Source of the DNA: Vulcanimicrobiota bacterium
Lineage (GTDB): Bacteria; Vulcanimicrobiota; Xenobia; Xenobiales; JADMJV01
Direction: 5' to 3'
NCBI GenBank assembly: GCA_050250895.1
Contig: JBFWNU010000001.1
Location: forward strand, 1,708,685-1,772,684
Length of the DNA: 64,000 bases
In this document: one piece after another, positions 18,293 to 26,819 of the stretch
Position numbering within the stretch: position 1 is the stretch's first letter
How the letters are laid out: the number at the start of each line of letters is the position of its first letter
Notes under the pieces: model-generated
The model's database searches: none
What the model was told of the DNA's origin: nothing
The model's input: the letters and a program-made list of their open reading frames with translations, nothing else
Translations under genes and position numbers: made by a program

Positions 18293-19053
18293 GGCCTGGG
18301 CAGGCCGTACATGGGTCGCACGTGGGGCAACTCTTCACCCGGGATCGGCATGCCGTACATGGGATGAATGCTCGGTTCGGTCGGGCTCGGCACCGGCATG
18401 CCATACATCGGCCGCACATCCGGCGACTGATCGCGGGGCGGCATGGGGGCGCCATACATCGGGGCCACCTCGGGAAAGTCCGGCACCGGCGGCATGGGTG
18501 CCCCGTACATCGGAGTGATGTCGGGCCCCTCGGTGTGGGGAGGGTTGGGCATGCCGTACATTGGCATGACTCCGGGGCCCGGCTCGTTGGGCATGGGAGC
18601 ACCATACATTGGGCGCACATCCGGTCCGTGATCGTGGCCCGGGTTGGGCATGCCGTACATGGGCATGACCCCGGGCCCCGCGGGCAGGCGTCCACGCAGT
18701 CGCCAGGGCAGGCTGGGCCCGGTCAGGTCATCGATGCGGCGACGCCAATTGTTTTCAGACTGGCGCACCAGGCGGCGCGATTTGGCCAGCGCTTTCTGCA
18801 GGGCCTCGGGATCCTTCCAGCCGCTGCGCGGCAGCAACGGGCGGTCGGGCAAACTGGGCAGGTCGACCTCGCGCAGGCGGGCGATGGTGGCGCTAATCTT
18901 GCTCTGAAACTCGCGCAGGAGAGCACTCTGATCGGCGTTGAGCCGGGGTACCCTGGGCCCCTCTTCGAGAGCCCTGGTGATGCGCTCCAAAGCTGGGGGA
19001 CGCGAGGGTTGCAGGGGGCCGGTCTGGCCGCCGTCGTGGATCGGAAAAGCCAT
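18289..19053 (-). CDS. Putative RiPP/protein precursor with eight PMYG repeats
   Basis: AGGAG RBS, ATG 19053 (MAFPIHDGG), 254 aa; C-terminal half is 8x P-x-[VI]-x-P-M-Y-G-[MAL]-P-x-P. Confidence 0.85.
   Translation of the reverse strand: MAFPIHDGGQTGPLQPSRPPALERITRALEEGPRVPRLNADQSALLREFQSKISATIARLREVDLPSLPDRPLLPRSGWKDPEALQKALAKSRRLVRQSENNWRRRIDDLTGPSLPWRLRGRLPAGPGVMPMYGMPNPGHDHGPDVRPMYGAPMPNEPGPGVMPMYGMPNPPHTEGPDITPMYGAPMPPVPDFPEVAPMYGAPMPPRDQSPDVRPMYGMPVPSPTEPSIHPMYGMPIPGEELPHVRPMYGLPRP
18292..18680 (-). repeat. Eight coding tandem repeats of about 45-51 bp (PMYG units)
   Basis: Recurrent ccRtacat core on the + strand. Confidence 0.9.
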
Positions 19054-19088
19054 GGTGAGTTCTTCTCCTGGACGGGCCCGAAGGCCTG

Positions 19089-20303
19089 TTAGACCTTCAC
19101 CGCGGCCAGGCGCTGATGAATCCCCTCGCGGACCTCGGTCTGGTAACGGTCGCCCAGTCCGGCCTCGCCGGGCTGCCACAGCTTGGCGAAGCGGGGGCGG
19201 CAAGCCAGCAGCGCCTCGAGAAAAGGCTTGAGGGCAGTCCGGAGAGCCTCGACGCGAGCCTGAAAGGCGTCGTTTTGGACCACCTGGAATTCGCTCAAGT
19301 CGGTGGTCAGGCCCTCGCCCGAGACCAGGCACAACAGGCCTGGGCAACCCAGCTCGAGCGAGCACGGTGAGCTGGGCACGCCGTCGAGCATAAAGCAGAC
19401 CGAAGCTTTCCCGGTCAGGCTCAGGGGCAGGGCAAAGGCGGCTCCACAACGGATGGTGTCGCCCAGCGGAGGGTCAAAGGGAAGGTGCAGAAACAGGCTC
19501 TGCCACGGCAGCGTCCGCCTCGGCCAAAACGAGATGTCGGCCCATCCCGTCCGATCCTCTCGAAAGCAGCTCCTTCGATACAGGTGGGCGCTCTCGCGGG
19601 TGAAGGGTTTCAGGCTGAACGGATAGCTCCAGCCGGGCAGGGGGGCGCTGGGCGGGGCAAAGCCTTCCATCAGATAGTAGGGTCCCGACATGTAGTCGAA
19701 CCAATTACCTCCGGGTCGGCTGGTGGGCCACCCTTTCTCGATGTTGCGACCATCCAGTCCGATGGGGATGGTCGAGTAGCGGCCCCGCTCATAGATGGTG
19801 GCATGCTCGCTGGCGTAGGACCTCAGGCCGCCAAGCATCGCCAACAAGCCCCCTCGGCGATGAAGAAAGCGAGCTTGTCCCGAGGTTTGGCCCTGGGTCC
19901 ATTCGATGGGTCCGGGTCTTAGTTTCAGAAAGCTGTCACCGAGTTCCCAGCGCAGACCGGGTCCCGAGGCTGCCCGCAAGGCGGCTCCCAGATGACGCGC
20001 CGCTGGCGAATTCCAGTCGCGCCGACCAGCCAGGGCCTCGGCCAGTTCGAGAATCGGGAGCCGTTGATCCGACTCGGGCCTGAACACCGCCTCAGCCCGC
20101 CAGGGCGTCAGGCGAAAGCGAATCGAACTGGCCTGCAAGCAGTGGGCCACCTGCAGCACTTTGGCCAGATAGAGGCCGGGCTGGGCTAGCTGAAACTGAC
20201 CCAGGCGCTCGAGGGCCCGGGTCAATTCGACCGTGAAGACCCCTTCTGACTCGGTCCGGCCAGCCGTACGAGCCTGATCGAGAAAGTCTTCCAGGTCTGC
20301 CAT
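19089..20303 (-). CDS. Hypothetical protein
   Basis: 404-aa ORF abutting its neighbours; N-terminus ESEGVFTVEL.RALERLGQFQL..PGLYL. Confidence 0.7.
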   Translation of the reverse strand: MADLEDFLDQARTAGRTESEGVFTVELTRALERLGQFQLAQPGLYLAKVLQVAHCLQASSIRFRLTPWRAEAVFRPESDQRLPILELAEALAGRRDWNSPAARHLGAALRAASGPGLRWELGDSFLKLRPGPIEWTQGQTSGQARFLHRRGGLLAMLGGLRSYASEHATIYERGRYSTIPIGLDGRNIEKGWPTSRPGGNWFDYMSGPYYLMEGFAPPSAPLPGWSYPFSLKPFTRESAHLYRRSCFREDRTGWADISFWPRRTLPWQSLFLHLPFDPPLGDTIRCGAAFALPLSLTGKASVCFMLDGVPSSPCSLELGCPGLLCLVSGEGLTTDLSEFQVVQNDAFQARVEALRTALKPFLEALLACRPRFAKLWQPGEAGLGDRYQTEVREGIHQRLAAVKV

Positions 20304-21185
20304 CTAGCGCGGGCGCAGGCTGCTGGGGGCTTCGGGTCGGGCCGGCTCGTCGAAAGCCGGGGCTACCGTCAGCCGGGCTCGCCCAGTTTTTTTGGACTGG
20401 ACCACTGCGCCCTCGGCGGCTTGCCACAATTCGGCCGCATCGCGGCCATCGCTAGGAAAGGCCGCCAGGCCGGTCGAGGCGGTCAGGCCGGGTTGGGCAA
20501 AGCGGGCTCGAAAGGCCTTCGTGAGCTGGTTGGCCAGCTTGCGCCCATTCTTTTTGTCGACCTCGCGCAAGATCAGGCCGAAGCGATCGCCCTCGAGGCG
20601 GGCTACCAGGTCGGAGGCGCGCACCAGATCGGTGAGAAAGTCGGCCACTTCGTCGAGCAGACGATCGCCCATCTCGCACCCCAGACGACGGTTCACGCTC
20701 AGGAAGAGGTCGGGGTCCACCAGCAACAGGCAGAAGGGGCGGGCCATACGGTCGGCCCAGGCGATCTCTTCCTCGAGGCGGACCAGGAAGAGAGACTCGG
20801 AGTAGACCGGCAGCAAGCCCGGGTCAGGAAGAGCCAGGCTGAGCATCTGGGCCACCGTCTCGACGGCATCGGCCTGGCCCTGGGTGAAGCTGTGCCCCTC
20901 GAGATAGAGCGCACCCAGCAACTGGCCGGCTGGACCGACCAGAGGACACAGCATCACCGTGCCTCGCGCCAGGATGCGGGGACGACGCCCGGTCAATTCA
21001 TAAGCGGCCAGGCCGGGATCGCGTCCGGCCAGGACCGGGCGCAATTGTCCGTTGCCGACCGTCAGCACGACCACCTCCGAGGCCTGGGGAACAAGCTCTT
21101 GAAGGCAGTCGGTGACAGCCTCGAAGCGACTGGGCTCGGAGAGGGCCGAGGCCAGCTTCTGGATACAGGCCAGGATCTGTTCCAT
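20304..21185 (-). CDS. GAF + degenerate GGDEF domain protein
   Basis: LLLVDPDLFLSVN...GD.LL..VA..L...VRASDLVARLEGDRF; A-site reads EGDRF. Confidence 0.8.
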   Translation of the reverse strand: MEQILACIQKLASALSEPSRFEAVTDCLQELVPQASEVVVLTVGNGQLRPVLAGRDPGLAAYELTGRRPRILARGTVMLCPLVGPAGQLLGALYLEGHSFTQGQADAVETVAQMLSLALPDPGLLPVYSESLFLVRLEEEIAWADRMARPFCLLLVDPDLFLSVNRRLGCEMGDRLLDEVADFLTDLVRASDLVARLEGDRFGLILREVDKKNGRKLANQLTKAFRARFAQPGLTASTGLAAFPSDGRDAAELWQAAEGAVVQSKKTGRARLTVAPAFDEPARPEAPSSLRPR

Positions 21186-21196
21186 CCCTTACAAGG

Positions 21197-21406
21197 TTAC
21201 CGTCGCGGCCGTCGATGTCCTTCACGAGAGCGGCCGAAAGCCGGTCTCAGGGGTGCCCCCATCCAGGCCACCGGCGATCGGCGCGGTTGGAGCGCCCGCC
21301 GGTTGAGTTCGGCAAACTGGCTGGTATGGTAGCGGAGTTCGGGATCATCGGGCACGAAGGTGTCCTCGAGTGGCAAAGTGTCCTCGAATTCGTAATCGTC
21401 TTCCAA
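21197..21406 (-). CDS. Small hypothetical protein
   Basis: GGGAGG RBS, TTG start, 69 aa, co-oriented with neighbours. Confidence 0.5.
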   Translation of the reverse strand: MEDDYEFEDTLPLEDTFVPDDPELRYHTSQFAELNRRALQPRRSPVAWMGAPLRPAFGRSREGHRRPRR

Positions 21407-21476
21407 GGGAGCCTCCCGGCGCTGAGATGAACCCAGTTTAGCCGGGATGGCTTAGCGCAAACAGTGACGGGGATCA

Positions 21477-21992
21477 TCAGTGGTGTTCGAAAGCCGGGCC
21501 GAAGGCAAGGTCAAAGTCGTGAAGCCAGCCGACGATACCGTCGACCTTCACGCGGATGCGAAAGAACTGGTGGTCGCTGGCGGCCACGTAACGGCGCACC
21601 TCGAGTACCTTCACCTCGGCTCGGGGAGTGACCACCGCGATGGGGCGCTCCCACTCGCCGGGTTGGGCAGACATCTCGGCTGGCTTGGCGGCGATGCGAA
21701 CCAGGTCGCCCGGCGCGCAAGGATAGATGCTGGGCTGGTGGTAGAGGTCGGCGATGGTGATCTTCAGCTGGCCGTTGTGTAGCTTGGCCTGGGCGGCCGT
21801 GAAGAAGCCTTCGATGGGGTCGCCCTCGGTGTAGGCTTGCAGGCACAGTTGCGGGCGAGCGTATTCTTCGACGGTTCTTCTCAGGCCGGCCTCGAGTTCG
21901 CCGTCGGTCAGCCCGCGAGGCACGATGCCGCGCACTTCGACCGCCTCGCCGGTTAGGCGGCGCAACTGCCTTTCTTCGAAGAAATAGCTCAT
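21477..21992 (-). CDS. Hypothetical protein (possible C-terminal SH3-like domain)
   Basis: 171 aa ending RVKVDGIVGWL. Confidence 0.6.
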   Translation of the reverse strand: MSYFFEERQLRRLTGEAVEVRGIVPRGLTDGELEAGLRRTVEEYARPQLCLQAYTEGDPIEGFFTAAQAKLHNGQLKITIADLYHQPSIYPCAPGDLVRIAAKPAEMSAQPGEWERPIAVVTPRAEVKVLEVRRYVAASDHQFFRIRVKVDGIVGWLHDFDLAFGPAFEHH

Positions 21993-22046
21993 CGGGCTAG
22001 AGTTAGACGCTGACCCTCGCGATCGCCTTCCTCATGAGGAGCCGGC

Positions 22047-22778
22047 CTATTGATCCGCCTGGCGGTAACATTGCTCGATGGTCTGCATCCTATCCGACAG
22101 GTAAGGGTGCGTGGTCCCTCCTACGCCTTGGCGAAGCACCTGGTGCATCGAGGTGAGCACATCGTCGAGGGGCAGACCGGTCCGCTCGGCTTGCTTGCCG
22201 GCGTTGCAGTCTGCCTCGAGTTCGGCCTGGCGTTGCCAGGCGAGGCGGTCGGCCGTGGGAGTGGAGGCTGCCATGTCTCGCAATTGCTTGACGTGACCCA
22301 ACACGATGTGTCCTTCCTCGTGGAAGAGTGTGCCAATGATGGCGGTATCCGGCGAGTTCAACCGGGCGGAGGAGATGTAGACGTCGGCTTCGCAGGCCAC
22401 CGAACTGCCTGAACTGGCAACCAGGTGATAGTTTGCCCTGGGCATAGAGAGTTGGCCTTCCACCCGGTCGAGAATGCCGGAGAAGTGTTCCCACTCGGGC
22501 CCCTGGGTCACAGTCGTCGGGGCCTGGTCGCAGTAAGGATGGACCGGGCTGGGCGACGAGCATCCCGCCAGCCCGACCAGAGTCGTGGCCGCGGCTCCCA
22601 AAGCCAGCAAGCCGGCCCATCGCGGCCGGGCCGGGGGCGGGGGAGCAAAGTCTTCGGGGGTCTCCCCGAGAGTAGACGACGCAAAGTGGGTGCCCGACCC
22701 GGCCGGCCGTGCGGGGGAGCAAGGCTTGCCTGGAATTCGACCGGTTGCCAGGGGGGTGGTACGAAATTGGATGCTCAT
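22047..22778 (-). CDS. M48-like zinc metallopeptidase, putative lipoprotein
   Basis: HEEGH, ELEAD and THP motifs; lipobox LAGC after a hydrophobic stretch. Confidence 0.75.
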   Translation of the reverse strand: MSIQFRTTPLATGRIPGKPCSPARPAGSGTHFASSTLGETPEDFAPPPPARPRWAGLLALGAAATTLVGLAGCSSPSPVHPYCDQAPTTVTQGPEWEHFSGILDRVEGQLSMPRANYHLVASSGSSVACEADVYISSARLNSPDTAIIGTLFHEEGHIVLGHVKQLRDMAASTPTADRLAWQRQAELEADCNAGKQAERTGLPLDDVLTSMHQVLRQGVGGTTHPYLSDRMQTIEQCYRQADQ

Positions 22779-22897
22779 TAGACTCCGCTCTCGAGCGGTT
22801 GGACCATCCCCAGCCTACGCGAGTGACCTTAAAAAGATCTTGTCTTCGATCCGACCCCGGCCGACTGTGCTAAGCTCTAGGGGTGCCCGCCGAGAGA

Positions 22898-23494
22898 ATG
22901 ACGCTTCCCACCCACGCCCTGAGGGGACCGCTTCAGGCAGCCTTTTACCTTCTGCTGATGGGGCTCACGGGCGTATCCGTGCAGAACCTGTTCGTCTTGA
23001 GAGAGTGGTGGATCTTGCTGGCCTCGGTTTTCTGGCCGGCTCTTCTACTGCTCAGCCTGCGCGAACTCTATGCGAGCGAGGCGGGCTGGGAGAACTTCAA
23101 GCGCAACCGTTTGCGGCCGTTCGCTAGCCAGGAGTTCGTCGAACTGGAATTCGACGAGCAAGAACGATGGCTTTGCTGCGGCTACTGCCTGGCCGGTAGA
23201 GACTATCAGCTGCTGAAGGTGCCGATTCGTGGTATCACCCGGGTGGGTTGGAGTGCCGGCCAGGCCAGTTCGAGGGCGGGCAAAGATATGGGCGACTGGA
23301 GCGTGATCGTGTGGTTTGACCCGAGCCAGGTGGTCAAATGCACCGCCAGTGTGCGCTCGCTCTTCATCCTGGGGGAATCCGGCGAACTGGCGGTGGTTAG
23401 CGAACTCGGGAGGGATTTTCTGGCTTTCCTGGCCCAGGCCGGCCTCCAGTTTGAGCCCGGAGATGGCGACCACGCCTTTTTGCCCGTCCGCTAG
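22898..23494 (+). CDS. Hypothetical membrane protein
   Basis: Two N-terminal TM helices followed by a soluble domain. Confidence 0.6.
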   Translation: MTLPTHALRGPLQAAFYLLLMGLTGVSVQNLFVLREWWILLASVFWPALLLLSLRELYASEAGWENFKRNRLRPFASQEFVELEFDEQERWLCCGYCLAGRDYQLLKVPIRGITRVGWSAGQASSRAGKDMGDWSVIVWFDPSQVVKCTASVRSLFILGESGELAVVSELGRDFLAFLAQAGLQFEPGDGDHAFLPVR

Positions 23495-23550
23495 TCAAGG
23501 CTAAGCTCGAGGAGGCGGTCAGTTGGGGCCGCAAGGACTCGGGAATAGCC

Positions 23551-24021
23551 TCACTCGCGCCGAGAACGTGGCTTGTCTAGCAACTTCAGCGCCCGATTGA
23601 ACCTGTCCATGTCGTCACCCGCGAGTCCTTCGACGACAAACATTTCGAGTCGGCTCTCGGCACGGATAATGGCCTCGGGAAAGGCCCGGCGGAGGATGGA
23701 TATGGTCGAGTCGAAGTCAGTATAGACGACGAAGCGGGCGCCCGCGGGTGCGTAGATGGGAAGCGGGGGCGGTTCGGGCACTCGGTCGAGGTTCGGGATC
23801 TCCGCCCGGAGCTTGTCCAGGTCTGCGTCGGAGCCCGTGGCATAGAAGCCATTGAGCGTCTCGTGAGGCTCAAGCCGCACGGCTGGATACTCTTTTTCGA
23901 GAAAGTCCATCACTTTGGCTGCCGGAGCGGCCTCGAGCAAGAATTCTTCACGGTTCTGGTGCACAAAGGCCAGCGTCGGCAGAATCAGCACCAACAGGGC
24001 TACCTTGGCCAGTTGGCTCAT
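23551..24021 (-). CDS. Secreted protein with two secretin-N (NolW-like) repeats
   Basis: Signal peptide; two units like 'HETLNGFYATGS..DLDKLRAEI..LD' and 'ESRLEMFVVEG...MDRFNRALKLLDKP'. Confidence 0.55.
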   Translation of the reverse strand: MSQLAKVALLVLILPTLAFVHQNREEFLLEAAPAAKVMDFLEKEYPAVRLEPHETLNGFYATGSDADLDKLRAEIPNLDRVPEPPPLPIYAPAGARFVVYTDFDSTISILRRAFPEAIIRAESRLEMFVVEGLAGDDMDRFNRALKLLDKPRSRRE

Positions 24022-24040
24022 GCAGACCCTCCGGAGTCAG

Positions 24041-24124
24041 AACGTAAAAAGCCCGCCGGTGCGGGCTTCGTTTAGTGGTGCGCCATCAAGGACTCGAACC
24101 TTGGACCCGATGATTAAGAGTCAT
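24041..24124 (-). repeat. att site: duplicated 3' 49 nt of tRNA-Lys plus its terminator
   Basis: 24076-24124 is identical to 29199-29247; the hairpin AAGCCCGC-CGGT-GCGGGCTT is also duplicated (29165-29198). Confidence 0.92.
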
Positions 24125-24227
24125 ATCGAAACCGTCTCATGCGCGGTATAGCGTTTCGAGAAAGCCCTATTTGTAGGCGTCTTCGGCCTCATACGTGTCA
24201 ACAGGATGTGTCTTTTGTGCCCCCGTT

Positions 24228-24248
24228 CTGCCCCATTGCTGCCCCATG
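24228..24248 (+). repeat. Probable integrase arm-type binding site (left)
   Basis: CTGCCCCATTGCTGCCCCATG, identical to 29109-29129; 11-bp periodic TGCCCC. Confidence 0.7.
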
Positions 24249-25292
24249 AGGATTCTTCAATGGGTTTCTCAGAGGGCACCCAGGGGATGGGGAGAACCGT
24301 GGTGGATGGGCCTACATGAATGCTTGGTGAGTTTCGGTAACCCCGAGGATTTCCAGCGGATGGTCAAGCAGTTGTTGAACCGCTCGGTGCCTGACTTCCA
24401 GGACAATGATGACAGCGGTGGGGACTGGGGATGTGACGGCTTCAGTCTTGCGAAATCAACCCTCTACGCCATCTGGTGCCCGGAGAAGTTCGAAAAGTAT
24501 GGTGAAAAGATGATCTCAAAAATCCGAGAGGATTTACGAAAGGTCCCCCAGCTGAGAACCCGGCTTGGTGTACACTTCCAGAACTGGGTCTTCATTGCCC
24601 CTCGAGAGCCCCTTATGGGCGTCAACAAGGCGATGATCGACGCGGCGGAGGCTGTTGCAGTCGAGGCCAAATGTGAGGCGACCACTTGGCTGGTGAATCT
24701 CTTGAACGCATGCCCCGAAGTGATTAGCAACTTTCCTCAACACTTTCCATCACTGGCGGCGCGAGGGCAGCTGGGTCTTAGGTGCTTGCGGGTCGATTCT
24801 ACCTATGCATCAATTTGTTCAGGGGGATGGCTCAGGTTCATTGCGACGTACGAACTTTCCAATACGGGCCCGACCGTCGCCAAAGAAGTCTACTGGGCGG
24901 CATCATTCCTCGCGGACGGCGAGGGTTTTCGGCTCGACGTCAAATCTCCAGCCTCTAGAAGGACGACAAATATTAAGGGGTTAACCACCTCAGAGGAATA
25001 TCTCGCCTGGCCAATCCGGCCAGGCGAGACGCGATCAGTCTTGTGGGTGGATTTGACCGTTGTTCGTCTTCCGGATGCAGATATTGCCTGTCAGATGTCT
25101 TGGGGCGGCGAAGGAATCCCGGTCCAGGGCGGCTCTCTCGTTCTTCCTCGAGCCACACTAGCCCAAGTGCGTAATGAGCAACGCCGCATTCACGCCGAGA
25201 CTTGTCAAGTGAACGCGCCTGAACCGGTCAAACGGCACCTAGTCCCCTGTTTTCAGCCCGTCTACGATGGCAAAAGCCCCCCGTTTGCCTAA
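24246..25292 (+). CDS. Protein with N-terminal restriction-endonuclease-like (PD-(D/E)XK) domain
   Basis: EDFQRMV..LL...GDWGCDGF...YAIWCPEK...KIREDL pattern; start uncertain. Confidence 0.55.
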   Translation: MRILQWVSQRAPRGWGEPWWMGLHECLVSFGNPEDFQRMVKQLLNRSVPDFQDNDDSGGDWGCDGFSLAKSTLYAIWCPEKFEKYGEKMISKIREDLRKVPQLRTRLGVHFQNWVFIAPREPLMGVNKAMIDAAEAVAVEAKCEATTWLVNLLNACPEVISNFPQHFPSLAARGQLGLRCLRVDSTYASICSGGWLRFIATYELSNTGPTVAKEVYWAASFLADGEGFRLDVKSPASRRTTNIKGLTTSEEYLAWPIRPGETRSVLWVDLTVVRLPDADIACQMSWGGEGIPVQGGSLVLPRATLAQVRNEQRRIHAETCQVNAPEPVKRHLVPCFQPVYDGKSPPFA

Positions 25293-26264
25293 TCAAAGGA
25301 ACGGGTCGAAAGCCCGTTGCCGCGCTGCGCTGTATTGGTTACCGCGTGCCTCGCGGAGCGAGTGGTCGGTCCACCACCAGAGCGCGCCCTCGGCGTCCAA
25401 AACTTGTTCCTCCAACAACTTGGAGTCATCATCAAAGTTCTCGAGCGACCAACGGTCAAGCCTCTCCATCGCGGCTTTACCGAAGCGCACGACTGGTTGG
25501 CCGGCTGACCCGATCCAACCATTTAGCGGATGCGAGCCCTGCCACGTCCGCGACCACAGGAAAAATGGCTTATTGTCTGCAATTTCATCCTTGATGACGT
25601 GGGGCGGGGCACAACAAGGTGAAGTGCCAAAGCGGATGCTGATGAGTTCCACCGGGTGGCAACCGAGCTGGCCGGCCAGGGCGATAATCACGCGGTCAAC
25701 CTGGTCGAAATCGGTACCTGTGAGGCCCCTCAAGAAGCTTTCTTGGGGCTTCGCTAGTTCTTTTGGCTTCACCGGCTCTTCAGGCTGCCAGTTCTCGAGG
25801 GCCTCAATCTCGAGCAGGCAGGCGTGAATCTCGTCCCTGGTGGCCGCGACGAGCCTCTTCAGGAGCCTCAGGGGGCCATCACTTAGCTGCAGGTCCAGGA
25901 AGGCTATCAGCGACTCCAGGTGCTCGTGAGCAATGATGAGCCGCGCCCGGCGGGCCGCTTCCCCGCCGCGTTCCAGGTCCTGCATTCTGGGGTCATCGTC
26001 GGGCAGGCTGTCGAGGTCCGACGGGTAAAACGGCTGGGCGTCATCGATAGCCTTCACCTTCTCCCATTCGAAGGTGCTGGGCGGCGACACGCCGAGCAGA
26101 AGGGCTTCGGCGTCCAGGATGTTGCGGGTTAGGCCCCTGATTTGGGGCAGTTGGTCCTTCGTCCGAAGTCCTCTCGGACAGGTTGAAGGCAAAAGGGCCT
26201 CGGCGGTGGAAGTTGAACTCCAACGCTGGGGCCCGGCGTGTTCAGGGTTGCAAGCTTCGGACAC
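25293..26264 (-). CDS. Hypothetical phage/island protein
   Basis: 323-aa ORF; start uncertain. Confidence 0.55.
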   Translation of the reverse strand: MSEACNPEHAGPQRWSSTSTAEALLPSTCPRGLRTKDQLPQIRGLTRNILDAEALLLGVSPPSTFEWEKVKAIDDAQPFYPSDLDSLPDDDPRMQDLERGGEAARRARLIIAHEHLESLIAFLDLQLSDGPLRLLKRLVAATRDEIHACLLEIEALENWQPEEPVKPKELAKPQESFLRGLTGTDFDQVDRVIIALAGQLGCHPVELISIRFGTSPCCAPPHVIKDEIADNKPFFLWSRTWQGSHPLNGWIGSAGQPVVRFGKAAMERLDRWSLENFDDDSKLLEEQVLDAEGALWWWTDHSLREARGNQYSAARQRAFDPFL

Positions 26265-26320
26265 GCGCGGGTTCCTCTCTTTCTGTGACTATCTAGCGGC
26301 CGTCGTCGCTCTCGCCTCCG

Positions 26321-26494
26321 TCAACCGCTTCGCATTTCGCCAGAGTCAAAGCCCAGGTGCTCGTATATCAGACGGCGAGCATAGGCCGCTGCCCCGCCCT
26401 TTTGGCCGGGGTCGGCCGCCTCGGCCACACGTTGTAGCTGTTGCAGCGCCTTCGGATGTAGTCTTATCGTGAGCTTGGGTCGTCCTTTTCCCAT
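26321..26494 (-). CDS. Small ribbon-helix-helix-like DNA-binding protein
   Basis: MGKGRPKLTIRLHP (beta strand) then helices GGAAAYARRLIYEHLG. Confidence 0.55.
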   Translation of the reverse strand: MGKGRPKLTIRLHPKALQQLQRVAEAADPGQKGGAAAYARRLIYEHLGFDSGEMRSG

Positions 26495-26694
26495 GGCGGG
26501 TCCCACCTTCGCTCTGGGTGGGTCCCGCTCTCCCGGAAAACATGTTCGCCAAATGCTTCTTCGTGATTCTCCACTGCTTCGAGCCTTTGAGCCCAGGTCT
26601 CAAAAGATTGCGCTCCGAGCGCTTCCGCGAAGGCGCTCGCAGCCTCCAGCGTCCAGGTGCCTTTCCATTCCATTGTGACTTGATTGCGTCTCAT
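26464..26694 (-). CDS. Small hypothetical phage protein
   Basis: Strong AAAAGGAGG RBS, 76 aa. Confidence 0.6.
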   Translation of the reverse strand: MRRNQVTMEWKGTWTLEAASAFAEALGAQSFETWAQRLEAVENHEEAFGEHVFRESGTHPERRWDPPWEKDDPSSR

Positions 26695-26736
26695 TGAGCC
26701 TCCTTTTCGCCCCGCTTATTTGCCTCAGGTCTTGAA

Positions 26737-26771
26737 TCACCTGTAGACAGGTGAATCATCCCTGGTATAAT
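26737..26771 (+). promoter_or_regulatory. Sigma70-type promoter of the small toxin gene with overlapping palindromic operator
   Basis: TAGACA (26744-49) N16 TATAAT (26766-71) with extended TG; TCACCTGT-AG-ACAGGTGA palindrome 26737-26754. Confidence 0.7.
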
Positions 26772-26819
26772 AGCTCAAGGGGCAGGGCCCTAAGCAAGAG
26801 AGGAGGCGGCTTCCGAAAC

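Noticed and set aside
18292-18680. PMYG repeats as a CRISPR array or DGR template/variable repeat
   Set aside because: The repeats are in-frame, vary at synonymous positions and have no unique-spacer structure; no cas or reverse transcriptase gene is in the window.
19054-19449. N-terminal extension making the precursor 386 aa
   Set aside because: It overlaps 19089..20303 in another frame, and a clear AGGAG RBS precedes ATG 19053.
24076-24124. Second tRNA-Lys gene
   Set aside because: Only the 3' 49 nt are present; it is the att duplication.
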